61,829 nucleotides of DNA, from positions 1-61,829 of the IMG/VR virus record IMGVR_UViG_3300042934_000981. One strand, given 5' to 3'. The notes under the pieces were generated by a model. That model saw nothing but the letters and a program-made list of their open reading frames with translations. It was not told the DNA's origin and made no database searches. Made by a program: the position numbers and the translations under genes. Below, piece by piece: positions 17,837-28,247 of the stretch; within the stretch, counting starts at the first letter, position 1; each line of letters starts with the position of its first letter. Source of the stretch: a virus (lineage: Duplodnaviria > Caudoviricetes).

Positions 17837-18325
17837 ATGGCTGTCACCACTGTCGCCATCGTGAACGATCGCGCCTTGCGTGCGATCGTCACCTCGCGCG
17901 GTGGTGACGCGAACATCTGGGCGAACCGGGTTGCCGGCAACATCAAGGACGCCGCTGTGCGCGCGGCCCCTGTCGGCGCTCCACGTGTCGGCGAGGCGCA
18001 TCGGCACGCGAACCTCAAGCACTCGCATTTCCGCAACGGTGTGATCTGGCGTGGCCGAGGCATCCGTGCCGAGGGCTCCATCATCAACAACGCGTCGTAC
18101 GCGCTGTACGTGCACCGCGGCGTGCAGGGGAAGATCTTCCCGCACGGGCGCGCGTTCGTGATCCCCAAGTCGAGCTTCCTGGCATACACCGGCAACGCGG
18201 CGATCGCGCGGCGTGCCGGCACGAAGGGGACGCACATGCGCTGGGCGAACCCGGTGAGCGGTCAGAAGGCGAATCCGTGGCTGCAGCGCGCCGCGACGCA
18301 GGTCATCGCCCGGACGGGTGCGTAG
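17837..18325 (+). CDS. neck/tail completion protein (HK97 gp10-like)
   Basis: basic; YALYVHRG and V.GQKANPWLQRA motifs. Confidence 0.7.
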   Translation: MAVTTVAIVNDRALRAIVTSRGGDANIWANRVAGNIKDAAVRAAPVGAPRVGEAHRHANLKHSHFRNGVIWRGRGIRAEGSIINNASYALYVHRGVQGKIFPHGRAFVIPKSSFLAYTGNAAIARRAGTKGTHMRWANPVSGQKANPWLQRAATQVIARTGA

Positions 18326-18342
18326 GGGTTATCCTGTACCCC

Positions 18343-18786
18343 ATGATGGAGTTTCAGATCGCATCGGAGCAGGCGGTCAAGGACGAGGAGCAGCCGGACG
18401 GAGAGCTCGAGGTCTTCGAGTTCTCGCTCGGCAAGCACAAGTTCGCGGCACGTCGCCCCACACCAGGCGAGATCAACGTCCTCTTCTCCACGCGCGGTGA
18501 CGTCGAGGGCACCGTAGGCACCTGGCGCTTTCTGCGCAAGGTCCTGCAGGGCACCGGCTACCGCCGCCTCGTGAGCCTCGTCGAGTCGGGCGCCGTGCCC
18601 GTGCCGCTTCTGTTCGGGGGTGATGAGCTCAACCCGGGAGGCGGCATCGTGGACACGATCATCGCTGAGTTCGCCGGCCGCCCTCCTGGGTCGTCCGGCG
18701 ACTCGTCCGAATCGCCGAAGGACGCTGGCCCGAGATCGACGGGGAGGGCGCCTGGTCGGGGGTCGACCTCCTCGGACTCCGACTAG
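18343..18786 (+). CDS. tail assembly chaperone (G)
   Basis: upstream of tape measure; TATCCT 7 nt before ATG suggests a leaderless start. Confidence 0.75.
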   Translation: MMEFQIASEQAVKDEEQPDGELEVFEFSLGKHKFAARRPTPGEINVLFSTRGDVEGTVGTWRFLRKVLQGTGYRRLVSLVESGAVPVPLLFGGDELNPGGGIVDTIIAEFAGRPPGSSGDSSESPKDAGPRSTGRAPGRGSTSSDSD

Positions 18787-18962
18787 ATCGGTATCTGAAC
18801 GCGCTCTACAAGTGGTGCCTCGATCGGATCCCCCCCGACAGCGCAGAGCAGTGGCTCGCGCAGCTGAACGCGCCTGAGCGCGGCACTCGCGAGGCGCCGG
18901 TGCCGCAGAGTACCATCGAGTCCGAGATGACGGCATTCATGCAGGCCCAAGCCGTGCTCTGA
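18669..18962 (+). CDS. tail assembly chaperone frameshift extension (T), -1 frame
   Basis: -1 frame is open 18669-18962 (VVRRLVRIAEGRWPEIDGE...GVDLLGL.LDRYLNALY...), has no good own start and fills the gap to the tape measure gene. Confidence 0.7.
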   Translation, partial: VRRPPSWVVRRLVRIAEGRWPEIDGEGAWSGVDLLGLRLDRYLNALYKWCLDRIPPDSAEQWLAQLNAPERGTREAPVPQSTIESEMTAFMQAQAVL

Positions 18963-18970
18963 CCTAGGGG

Positions 18971-21900
18971 GTGGCGGTGGCGACCACGATCGGCCGCGTC
19001 GAGTTCATCGTCGGCCTGGATGGGAACCAGCTTCCCGGGCAGGCGCGTCGCCTGGCGAACCAGATGGAGGCTGCCGGCAAGAAGGCCGGCGACGGATTCG
19101 CGGACGGGTTCGACTCGACGTTCGATCAGCGTCTCTCCAAGATCGGCAGCCGCTTCGCCAACAGTCTGAGCGAGAAGGGCAAGCTCGCCGGCACGAGTTT
19201 CTCGAACGACTTCGAGAACGTGCTGCAGACCCGCTTCCGGCGGATGCAGCAGAACCTCGCGGACATCCTGGCCGACAAGGACGCCTTCATCGACTATGCC
19301 CGCGGCTTCTCGACCGTGGGCGAGGCCGTCGAGCAGCTCAACGACGATCTCGACCGGCTGCGCGGGCAGACGTACATCAACGACGAGGGCAAGGAGCGGC
19401 TCGTCCTCACGGCGCAGGCCGCACGCAACTTCGGTGTCGAGATCAACCGGCTCGGTCGCGAAGCCGACGAGTACCTCACGAAGCAGCGCGAGCTCGACGA
19501 CCAGACGCGGGACTTCGAGGCCAACTGGGCGCGACTCACGCGCGTGCTCGGCGACGGCGACGCCTTCCGCCAGGTCGCGCTGCGTGTCGGCGGCACGGGC
19601 GAGGCGTTCAACCGGCTGCGCAGCGAGCTCGAGGGTGTCGGGGACGCACTGGGCAAGAGCCGCATCGAGGTCGAGGGGTACGTCGACGCACTCGAGCGGA
19701 CGCGGGATGCCGCGGACCGCGCCAACGAGCGGATGCACGCCATCGAGGGCGGCGCGACCAGCATGGAGCGCGCCTTCACCCGGCTCTCCCGCGCTGTGCG
19801 CTCGCCGTGGCGCAACCTCGACAACGACGTGCGGCTCGTGCTCGGGCTCATCATCGGCGCCGCCGATCAGATCGGCACGCTCGGCTCGGCGATCGGTGCC
19901 GGCCTCCTGGGCGTCGGATCCGCCGGCGCATCTGCCGTCGTCGGAGTCGCGGGCCTCGTGTCGGTGTTCTCGACCCTCAACAAGGAAGTCGACGACCTCC
20001 CGCCGGCACTGCGTGACGTGCGCCTCGAGGCGGCACGGTTCAGCGACGCCTTCCAGCGCGCCGGCGAGGTCATCTCGCGGGGCGCGTTCGGCGAGATGAA
20101 CGGCGCGCTGGACTCGCTCTCGGGCACCCTCCGTCGGCTCGACCCCGAGCTCGCCGGCGTCGGCCGCGCCACGGGGCGCCTGTTCGCCAACCTCGCGGAC
20201 GGGCTCGAGGAGGGCACCGACGGATTCGAGGAGCTGCGCAAGCTCCTGCGCAACAGCGAGAACGACATCGACCGTCTCGGCGACGTCACGGGGACGTGGG
20301 GCCTGGCCCTCCTCCGCGCGTTCAACCGCGCGAACCCGCTCGCGCAGGACCTCTTCAACTGGCTCGAGCGGGTCGGCGACCAGTTCGACAGCTTCGGTCA
20401 GTCCAACGAATTCGACCGGTGGCTCTCGCGCTCGCGCGACGTGTTCGCCTCGCTCGGCGGGCTGCTCGACACCGTCTCGCGCGGGCTCAACGACCTGGTC
20501 ACGCCCGAGGCTGTCGGCCGCACCACAGAGCTGCTCGACAACCTGACCGAGTTCACGCCGGCGCTCATCGGGGTCCTCGACGTCGTCGGCCGGCTCGATC
20601 CGCTCGGCCTGCTCGCAGAGGCGCTCAGCGCGGCGGGCGAGGCGATCGGCCCTCTCCTGCCGTCGCTCGGCGAGCTCGCGGACGCGCTCAACCCGCTGCT
20701 CGAGGCCGCCATCACCGGGATCGCAGACGGCCTCGGCATCGTCGCGCAGGTCGCGAAGCCCGCCGTCGAGGGGCTCACCGGCCTGCTCGAGGCGATGCCG
20801 CCCGGGGCCATCTCCGCGGCCGCGCTGGGACTCGTCGCCGTCGGCACCGCGCTGCTGTCGATCAAGGCGGCTGCCGGCCTGTCCGGCGCAGCGGGCGCGC
20901 TGATCGACTTCACCACGCGGGCGAACACCGCGGCGACAGCGAGCGGCCGGCTGGTCGGCCTCGTCGGCAAGGCGGGCCTGGCCGGCGCCTTCCTGGCTAT
21001 CTCGCTCTCGATGCCCGGACTGATCAAGGGCATGACCGACTACCTCGACGAGATCTCCGGCATCGACGCCGCCACGCAGAAGGCGGTCAAGAGCCAGGAC
21101 AGCTTCCTCGACGCGCTCAACACTGTCAACCCCAATCTCGACTTCACGGCCGAGTCTGTGCGCACACTCACGGACGCCCTCGGCGAAGCCGATGGCGAGT
21201 CGAACAACTTCAACCGGGCTCTCGAGGGCTTCGGGCCCACGGCGACCACAGCCGAGTACGCCATCGCGCAGCTCGAGCGAGGACTCGGCGCCCTCGACGA
21301 GCAATTCGCGACGCTGACGATCGACGAGCAGACCGCACGCTTCTCGGCATGGGCAGATCAGCTGCAGCTGACCGACGAGCAGGTGCTCACCATGATCGAG
21401 GAGATGCCGCTCTTCAAGGCGGCGCTCGAGGAGGCGGCCTCTGCCGCGGACGGCAACGCGACCAGTCAGGAGATCCTGGCCCTGGCCATGGGCGAGGTTA
21501 CGGTCGGTGCCGGCGGCGCGCTGACGGCCGTCACGAACCTCGGCGGCGGGGCGACGGTCACGGCTGAGCAGCTCGACGGCCTGGCCGACAGCCTCTCGAC
21601 GTCCAACAGCCTCTTCTTCGAATCGCGTGACGGAGCGCGTGAGTACGAGGCCGCGCTCGACACCCTGCAGGACTCGATCGCGGAGAACACCGCGACACTC
21701 GACATCGGCACCGAGGCCGGCCGGCTGAACGAAGAGGCGATCGACCGGCTCGCGCAGTCCGCGCTGGACTACGCCGGCGATCTCGTCCGCACCACGGGCG
21801 ACCAGAACCTCGCGAACGACGCGATCAAGCGCGGGCGTGACGACCTGATCAACCTCCTGGACGAGTTCGGCATCACGGGCAAGGCGGCTGAGGACTACGC

Positions 21901-22363
21901 GAACAAGCTCGGCCTGATCCCGACGAACATCTGGACCACGATCGAGATGCTCGGCATCGACGCGGCTCTGGACGAGGCTCGCCGGCTGCGCGAGACCGTG
22001 CTCAGCATCCCCACGCGGCGGTCGGTCGAGGTCTTCGTCACCAGTGGCGGATGGAACCCGAATGGCGACCGGCCGATGGCATCCGGCGGCACCCTCTACG
22101 GGCCCACGCGCATCCTCGCGGGTGAGGCGGGGCCCGAGGCGATCGTGCCGCTGAACCGGCCGCTCAGCCAGGTGGACCCGAGCGTGCGCGCGCTCAGCGC
22201 GTTCGCACAGGGGCTTCGCCCGATGGCGTCCGGCGGTGTCGTCGGCGGCGGCAAGCAGATCGTGATCGAGGCAGGCGCTATCGTGGTCGAAGACCGCTCG
22301 GGCGATCCCCGTCGCACGGGAAACGAAGTCTTCCGGCGGCTCATCGAAGACGTCGCCAGCTAG
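18971..22363 (+). CDS. tape measure protein
   Basis: 1130 aa, Ala/Gly/Leu-rich helical; C-terminal MASGG...GEAGPEAIVPL. Confidence 0.93.
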   Translation: MAVATTIGRVEFIVGLDGNQLPGQARRLANQMEAAGKKAGDGFADGFDSTFDQRLSKIGSRFANSLSEKGKLAGTSFSNDFENVLQTRFRRMQQNLADILADKDAFIDYARGFSTVGEAVEQLNDDLDRLRGQTYINDEGKERLVLTAQAARNFGVEINRLGREADEYLTKQRELDDQTRDFEANWARLTRVLGDGDAFRQVALRVGGTGEAFNRLRSELEGVGDALGKSRIEVEGYVDALERTRDAADRANERMHAIEGGATSMERAFTRLSRAVRSPWRNLDNDVRLVLGLIIGAADQIGTLGSAIGAGLLGVGSAGASAVVGVAGLVSVFSTLNKEVDDLPPALRDVRLEAARFSDAFQRAGEVISRGAFGEMNGALDSLSGTLRRLDPELAGVGRATGRLFANLADGLEEGTDGFEELRKLLRNSENDIDRLGDVTGTWGLALLRAFNRANPLAQDLFNWLERVGDQFDSFGQSNEFDRWLSRSRDVFASLGGLLDTVSRGLNDLVTPEAVGRTTELLDNLTEFTPALIGVLDVVGRLDPLGLLAEALSAAGEAIGPLLPSLGELADALNPLLEAAITGIADGLGIVAQVAKPAVEGLTGLLEAMPPGAISAAALGLVAVGTALLSIKAAAGLSGAAGALIDFTTRANTAATASGRLVGLVGKAGLAGAFLAISLSMPGLIKGMTDYLDEISGIDAATQKAVKSQDSFLDALNTVNPNLDFTAESVRTLTDALGEADGESNNFNRALEGFGPTATTAEYAIAQLERGLGALDEQFATLTIDEQTARFSAWADQLQLTDEQVLTMIEEMPLFKAALEEAASAADGNATSQEILALAMGEVTVGAGGALTAVTNLGGGATVTAEQLDGLADSLSTSNSLFFESRDGAREYEAALDTLQDSIAENTATLDIGTEAGRLNEEAIDRLAQSALDYAGDLVRTTGDQNLANDAIKRGRDDLINLLDEFGITGKAAEDYANKLGLIPTNIWTTIEMLGIDAALDEARRLRETVLSIPTRRSVEVFVTSGGWNPNGDRPMASGGTLYGPTRILAGEAGPEAIVPLNRPLSQVDPSVRALSAFAQGLRPMASGGVVGGGKQIVIEAGAIVVEDRSGDPRRTGNEVFRRLIEDVAS

Positions 22364-22372
22364 GAGGCATCC

Positions 22373-23743
22373 GTGCTCGAGACCTTCCTCGTCCTCGGTG
22401 GTAACGAGGTCGTCAACGCTGCGCGCAGCTACGGGTACGCGCAGACTGTCGACTGCCGGGTGAACTGGCTGAAGGATCCCGAGTGCGACACCCTCGCCGG
22501 CGCCCAGACCGATCCCGAGTACCACTACGCGAACATCGCCGACGCCCCCTGGTACGACCCTGACGTGCCTGAAGCGGCACGGTTCCTCGGCGTGTACGGC
22601 CTCACGATGTCGAACCTGTCCGACTCCACCCGCGAGGCTCAGGTCTCGCAGAAGACCGGCGACGGCGCGAAGACGACCGGGTATCGGCATGGCTCCCGCG
22701 AGGTGCGGGTGCGGGTATGGCTGACCGCGCTCGGCGGGGACGCGATGGAGCACGGCATGACCTGGCTCCGCAACGTGCTCGAGCCGGATGCCTGCGGACT
22801 GCACGGCGGGACCTGCGGCGAGGCGGAGATGGCGTTCTTCGTCGACTGTCCGCCGCCGCGGCGCCTGGTCGAGACAGCAGCCCTGTCGCCGGCCGAGGAC
22901 CTCTACCCCGCCACGGATCTCTTCCCGGCAGCCACGACGTTCGGCCCCGAGGGCGACAGCACCTACCTCCCGTACATCGACTCGTACCGCCGCTTCCTCC
23001 ACTCGGTGCGCTGCGTCTCGGGACCGTTCACGGTCGAGGAGCGCGAGTCGAGCGACGGCAGGTACCAGGGCCGGCTGGTCGAGTTCACGCTGCTCGCCGA
23101 GGTGCCGTTCGTCTTCGGGGTGCCGAAGGAGCTCGACATCCCGCCGATCATCCCGACCGTTGTGCAGGACGTCGCCTACAACCTGGCCCCCTACCCGTCG
23201 GCAGAGGTGTCATCCGGGCCCGTCGTCGTCGCGACGAACTACGCCACGAACCCGTCGCTCGAGACGAACACGACCGCCTGGTCGAGCAGCCAGAGCACGA
23301 ACGTTGGCGCTGCCGGTGCGATCGCGCTGATCCGCTCGTCCGACATCGCCGCGGTGGGGACCTACAGCGCTCGCGTCACCTTCACGGCGTCGGCTTCGGG
23401 CACGAACGGGCAGCTGCGAGTCCAGCATCTCGTCCCGCTGGCGGGGCCGGCCGGCGCGCGCTACTCGTTCAACATGTGGGCGACGGCGCTCGTCTTCAGC
23501 GGCACCGCGGTGCTCGACGACATCGAGTACGTGGTGGTCTTCCGAGACAGCGGCGGCACGGAGATCGGGACGGCACCGATGGGCTCGCTGCCCATCGCGG
23601 GCGGCTCGCTGAGCCTCGCCAGCGTCGTACCGCCTGTCGGCGCCGTCGAGGCGTACGTCCGCGCGCAGGTGGTCATCACCTCGTGGGGCTCCACCGCGGT
23701 CATTCGGATCTACGGCGATGCCGTGGCTGTGACGGTGCCGTGA
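22373..23743 (+). CDS. minor tail protein (distal-tail-like N-terminal part plus carbohydrate-binding-like domain)
   Basis: follows TMP; LGGNEVVN, APWYDPD, EFTL..EVPF; NYATNPSLE starts a beta-sandwich module. Confidence 0.8.
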   Translation: MLETFLVLGGNEVVNAARSYGYAQTVDCRVNWLKDPECDTLAGAQTDPEYHYANIADAPWYDPDVPEAARFLGVYGLTMSNLSDSTREAQVSQKTGDGAKTTGYRHGSREVRVRVWLTALGGDAMEHGMTWLRNVLEPDACGLHGGTCGEAEMAFFVDCPPPRRLVETAALSPAEDLYPATDLFPAATTFGPEGDSTYLPYIDSYRRFLHSVRCVSGPFTVEERESSDGRYQGRLVEFTLLAEVPFVFGVPKELDIPPIIPTVVQDVAYNLAPYPSAEVSSGPVVVATNYATNPSLETNTTAWSSSQSTNVGAAGAIALIRSSDIAAVGTYSARVTFTASASGTNGQLRVQHLVPLAGPAGARYSFNMWATALVFSGTAVLDDIEYVVVFRDSGGTEIGTAPMGSLPIAGGSLSLASVVPPVGAVEAYVRAQVVITSWGSTAVIRIYGDAVAVTVP

Positions 23744-23958
23744 TGGACGCCTTCGCCCGGGCCGCGTACTCGACCTGCAACCTCTGTGCCGCCGAGGGGA
23801 TCTCGACGGTCATCGCTGTCGGCGATGACGACCTGGCATGGCGGATGATGGACGAGCACACGAACGAAGCGCACCCGGACCACGTCGCCCTGCTCGCCTC
23901 CGGGGCCGAGTACCGGCCCGCGTTCCCGACCGTGTTCGACACGATGGCAGGTGGCTGA
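23743..23958 (+). CDS. small CxxC...HxxxxH zinc-finger-like protein
   Basis: TGATG overlaps at both ends; CNLC and HTNEAH. Confidence 0.6.
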   Translation: MDAFARAAYSTCNLCAAEGISTVIAVGDDDLAWRMMDEHTNEAHPDHVALLASGAEYRPAFPTVFDTMAGG

Positions 23959-26411
23959 TGGATCAGACGCGCTCCGCGGCCTACTCCGGCCGCCCCTACA
24001 CCCTGAATCTGCGGGTCTACACGCTCCAGCAGAGCGACGACGCATCCCGCTACCACCACGATGCCTACGGCCGCTCGAACTCCGGGTACGGCTCGTTCGC
24101 GAACAGCGCGAGCACCTGCAACGTGTGGGTCGGCGCCGACTCCTGGGCGCACGGCGTCCCGAGCATGCCGTTCTACCCCGGCGACTACGCCGGCAAGACC
24201 ATCGGCTACGGCTCGGGCGATGGCAACTGGATGTTCCACGACGGCAACGGCAACCTGAACTTCAACGTTCGGGCCCAGCACGTCGCGCCCGGCCCGTTCA
24301 ACACCGCCGACACCGGCAACCAGACTCTCTCCGCCGATCGCATCGGGAAGGTGCCCGGGCAGGTCGGCGGCGTCGGCGCATCCAGCATCGGCACCGGGTC
24401 GGCCACCATCTCGTGGAGCGCCCCGTCGCGCGGTCACTGCGACATCTACGACTACGACCTGCACGTCTGCGACAACACCGCCTTCAACGGCGCCGGGTGC
24501 CCGCACTACAACTACATCGGCTCGGCGGCGCTCAGCAAGTCGGTCACCGGGCTGAGCCCCAACATCCTCTACTACGTGCGCGTCCGCGCGCGGAACTGCG
24601 ACGGCGACGGCGCGTGGAGCGGCACCTACTCGTTCGCCTCGCTGGCGACGTCGCCGACACCGTCCGGCGGTTCGGCGACCCCGAGCGCTATCACCTGGAC
24701 GTGGGCCGCACCTGCCGGCAACCAGGCCATTCTCGAGTACCAGGTCCGCTACTCGACGAGCTCCACGTTCGCGTCGGGCGTCGTCACGGAGTCGTCGGGC
24801 ACGTCGCGCTCGCTCGTCGCCGACCCGCTGAACCCGGCGACGACCTACTACGCGCAGGTCCGTGCGCGCAACGCGACCGGCTGGGGCCCGTGGTCCTCGA
24901 CAGGATCGCGCACCACGCTCCCCGCGACGGCGCCCGGGATCTCCGTCACCCCGCGCATCTCGGGCACGGCTGCCGACATCGCCCTGACGCCGCCGAGCGG
25001 CGCCTCGGGTGTCACCGGGTACACGGTGCAGCGCAAGCGCCCTGACGGTGTCGTCGTGCAGGCCGACGCGGAGACGAACTCGATCGTATGGTCGGGCCTG
25101 ACGCCGGGCGAGACGAATGAATTCCGGGCGTCCGCATGGTTCGGCACGTACCAGAGCCCGTGGTCCAGCTGGGTCGTCGTCGCGCAGCCGAACCCGAACA
25201 CGAACCCTGGCGACTACTTCGACGGCGCCACCGCAGCGCGCGACGACGCCACGTTCTCGTGGACCGGCACGGCGAACAACTCCACGTCGCTCGCGACCGG
25301 CGTGACGCCGGCAGGCTGGGTCATCGACACTGCCGGTGGTGGCGGTGGGACGTTCGTCCGGCAGCGCATCACGGGCGGCCGCTCAGGAACCTACGGATGC
25401 CGCCTCCTTTGCCTCACGGACACCTCTGGTCCTAGCGCTGGTGTCGGCATGCAGGCGAGCGGCGGCGCCCACAGCGCCGTCGTGGAGGAGGGCGCGACGT
25501 ACGTCGGCTCGATGTACGTCCGCCCTTCGCGTGCGCAGCGACTCCGCGTCGACATCGCCTGGCAGACCGCGGCCGGCGCCGACGTGCCCGGCGTCGTCGC
25601 GGGTACCTCTGTCCTCGTCACCGACACCGAAGGCTGGACCCGGCTGACGGTCACCGGCGTCGCCCCCGCCGGGGCGGAGCGCGCCACCGTGAAGGTGTAC
25701 GACACGTCGGGGACCGGCCACTCTCCGTGGCTCTCGGGCGAGTGGCTGGACGCGGACGACGTGATGGTCTCGCTGTCGGTACTCTTCCCCTGGTTCTCGG
25801 GCGACACGGCCGACGCGCCCGGCTACGACTACCAGTGGCTCGGCGCGGCGAACGCCTCGGCCTCGGCACGGCTCGAGGTGGAAGTCATCGCCTCCGACCC
25901 CCTCGCCGACCCGGACTGCCCGCCGCAGCCCACGCCGCCCGCGCTGCCCACCATCCCGTCGGACTGCATCGAAGAGGTCGGCACCTGGCGGCGCTACCCG
26001 CTCGCGGTGCCGGCCACGGAGGTGCGGATCTGGTCGGCCACGCTGCCGACACTGATCCTCGAGACGCAGTCGAACGCCGAGCGCCAGGTCCGGATCCGGT
26101 ACTACCCGAACCCGGACAACCTCGCGCCGGAACTCGTCGCGGAGAGCACCCCGTACGAGGCGGAGCAGATCCTCACGTACATCCCGCCGAGCACCGCGAT
26201 CACGCTCGACGGTGTCACGCAGCAGGTGACCGCGATCGTCGCGGGTGGCGCATCGATCCCGGCCGACCACCTGCTCTACGGCACTGGCGGCACCCCGGCG
26301 ACCTGGCCGGAGCTGCGCTGCGGCATCGGCTACGTCATCACGATGGACGTCCCGCTGGACGCTCCTGCCGGTAACCTCGGTGCGAGGGTGATCGTCGCCG
26401 AGAGGATGTGA
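23958..26411 (+). CDS. minor tail protein with FN3 repeats and CBM-like domain
   Basis: W.AP...Y.....GLSPN..YYVRVRARN..G.G.WS repeated; YFDG; C-terminal DPLADPDC...RIRYYPNP...LDG. Confidence 0.8.
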   Translation: MDQTRSAAYSGRPYTLNLRVYTLQQSDDASRYHHDAYGRSNSGYGSFANSASTCNVWVGADSWAHGVPSMPFYPGDYAGKTIGYGSGDGNWMFHDGNGNLNFNVRAQHVAPGPFNTADTGNQTLSADRIGKVPGQVGGVGASSIGTGSATISWSAPSRGHCDIYDYDLHVCDNTAFNGAGCPHYNYIGSAALSKSVTGLSPNILYYVRVRARNCDGDGAWSGTYSFASLATSPTPSGGSATPSAITWTWAAPAGNQAILEYQVRYSTSSTFASGVVTESSGTSRSLVADPLNPATTYYAQVRARNATGWGPWSSTGSRTTLPATAPGISVTPRISGTAADIALTPPSGASGVTGYTVQRKRPDGVVVQADAETNSIVWSGLTPGETNEFRASAWFGTYQSPWSSWVVVAQPNPNTNPGDYFDGATAARDDATFSWTGTANNSTSLATGVTPAGWVIDTAGGGGGTFVRQRITGGRSGTYGCRLLCLTDTSGPSAGVGMQASGGAHSAVVEEGATYVGSMYVRPSRAQRLRVDIAWQTAAGADVPGVVAGTSVLVTDTEGWTRLTVTGVAPAGAERATVKVYDTSGTGHSPWLSGEWLDADDVMVSLSVLFPWFSGDTADAPGYDYQWLGAANASASARLEVEVIASDPLADPDCPPQPTPPALPTIPSDCIEEVGTWRRYPLAVPATEVRIWSATLPTLILETQSNAERQVRIRYYPNPDNLAPELVAESTPYEAEQILTYIPPSTAITLDGVTQQVTAIVAGGASIPADHLLYGTGGTPATWPELRCGIGYVITMDVPLDAPAGNLGARVIVAERM

Positions 26412-26419
26412 GGCCAGGG

Positions 26420-27595
26420 ATGGCAAAGTGCATCACCGGCCACTCGGCCTTCATCTTCGATCGCGGAGCACAGCGCCGCATCTCGCCGATCATCGACCTC
26501 GAGAGCGTCAACTGGTCCCGAACGCGTGACGGGATTTCGGAGGGGTCGATCCTGGTCACCGGCGACTCGTGCAGCCGGCAGTCGTCCCGCATCGCGAACA
26601 TCCGGTCGAAGCGCCACGAGCTCGTGATCTTCCGCGGAGCTCAGCGCGTCTGGGAGGGGCCGATCTTCCGCGTCGCGACGGGCGTCGGGTACGCCGAGAT
26701 CTTCGCGAAGGACATCGTCTCCTACCTGGCCGGTCAGCCGCTCACGCAGGTCTGGGACGACAGCTACTTCGGCGGCGGCTCGGTCGAGGTGACGACGCGG
26801 CTCGGGGAGATCATCGAGTACGAGCTGACCCACGGCCGCACGATGAGTTTCTACGACGAGGGCACGGACACCTGGACCCCGATGGCGGTGCCCGCCTGGG
26901 AGTCGATCGACCCGCCCGTCAATGTCGTGGCGCACCTGGATGTCCGGAACTTCCCCAACGAGGCGCGTACCTCGATGCGCACCGAGGCGTACCAGATGAG
27001 CGTGTTCGAGCATCTCGCCGAGCGCGCACGGTACGGCGGGATCGACTACACCGCGATCGGCCGGAAGCTGCTGATCTGGGACGTCTCGCGCTCGCTCGGC
27101 CGGATCCGGACCCTCACCAGCGCCGACTTCCTGGGCGCCAACGTGATCGTCACCGAGTACGGCGCGGATCACACCCAGGCGGCCTACTCGGTCGGGCGCG
27201 ACGGGGCCTACGGGTCCGCGCTGAACCCGGACAACCTGGACTACTACGGGCCCTGGACTGCGATGTACACGCCGTACAGCGAGAGCGACACGAACACTCC
27301 GACGCAGGATGAGCTCAACTCGCAGGCGCTCCGCAACCTGTCGGGCCGCTCGCCGGTGCCGCTCGAGGTGCGCATCCCCGACAACTCATCCCTGCTGCTG
27401 AGCGAGACACTGACGGTCGACATGCTCGTGCCGGGCGTGCAGGTCCCGCTGCTGGCGACGTTGAACGCGCGGCCGATCTCGCAGATGCAGAAGCTCGACC
27501 ACGTCGCGGTGTCGGAATCGGCTGAGGACGGCGAGCGGGTGGCCGTGATGCTGACGCCGACCACTCGCGCTGACTCCGACGTCGTGGAGGAGTGA
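26420..27595 (+). CDS. minor tail (hub/baseplate-like) protein
   Basis: W.RTRD.ISE, HELVIFRG..RVWEGP, LVPGV..P motifs; position. Confidence 0.8.
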   Translation: MAKCITGHSAFIFDRGAQRRISPIIDLESVNWSRTRDGISEGSILVTGDSCSRQSSRIANIRSKRHELVIFRGAQRVWEGPIFRVATGVGYAEIFAKDIVSYLAGQPLTQVWDDSYFGGGSVEVTTRLGEIIEYELTHGRTMSFYDEGTDTWTPMAVPAWESIDPPVNVVAHLDVRNFPNEARTSMRTEAYQMSVFEHLAERARYGGIDYTAIGRKLLIWDVSRSLGRIRTLTSADFLGANVIVTEYGADHTQAAYSVGRDGAYGSALNPDNLDYYGPWTAMYTPYSESDTNTPTQDELNSQALRNLSGRSPVPLEVRIPDNSSLLLSETLTVDMLVPGVQVPLLATLNARPISQMQKLDHVAVSESAEDGERVAVMLTPTTRADSDVVEE

Positions 27596-27596
27596 C

Positions 27597-28052
27597 ATGG
27601 CGAACGATGCCGTGCGCCGCACCCCCGCCGGGTACCTGGCCGACCTCGAGCAGAAGATCACGATGCTCGAGCGCCGGATCGTGCGCGAGGCCGACACCGG
27701 CTGGATCAACACGGGGCTCACCCTCACAGCCGAGACCGGCTGGTCGCTGTCGAGCTACCGGCTGCGCAAGGTCGGGAGCCGAGTGTACGGCCAGGTCGAG
27801 TTGTCGCGGACCGGTGCGGACCTCACGGTGAGCGCCGGCGGAGACCTGACGGACACCACGATCCTCACGATGCCGGAGGGGTGGCGGAACGGCATGGGCT
27901 TCGACGCGCAGGTATTCGCCCAGCGCCCCGGGATCTCCATGTTCAACGTCGCCGCGAACTCCACGGGCTTCCGACTCCTCGGCGGATTGCCAGGCGTCAC
28001 GCTCCCGACCGGTGCCACACTGCGTGTGTACGCCAACTATCTGACCGACTGA
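27597..28052 (+). CDS. minor tail protein
   Basis: coiled N-terminus, DTGW...YRLRKVGSRV...LTMPEGWR fibre-tip-like. Confidence 0.7.
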   Translation: MANDAVRRTPAGYLADLEQKITMLERRIVREADTGWINTGLTLTAETGWSLSSYRLRKVGSRVYGQVELSRTGADLTVSAGGDLTDTTILTMPEGWRNGMGFDAQVFAQRPGISMFNVAANSTGFRLLGGLPGVTLPTGATLRVYANYLTD

Positions 28053-28064
28053 CAGGAGACGACG

Positions 28065-28214
28065 ATGGCTTATTACACGGTGCACGGCAGCGACGACGCG
28101 GTCATGGCGGGCGACCCTGCCCTGGACGACGTGCTGAAGGCGGAGGCGGACCGCCTCGGCGGCTATATCACGGACGAGGCGGACGAGATCGTCTACGACT
28201 CCCGCGGCGAATAG
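28065..28214 (+). CDS. small acidic protein (49 aa, not in ORF track)
   Basis: AGGAG RBS; MAYYTVHGSDD...IVYDSRGE. Confidence 0.65.
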   Translation: MAYYTVHGSDDAVMAGDPALDDVLKAEADRLGGYITDEADEIVYDSRGE

Positions 28215-28247
28215 CCGCGGGGCGATAGGATACGCGCGGAGGCAGAC

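Noticed and set aside
18806-23002. 1398-aa antisense ORF (also 6886-9720, 11616-13826, 14052-15653 and similar)
   Set aside because: Shadow ORFs opposite well-supported genes, expected at high GC; no motifs or RBS
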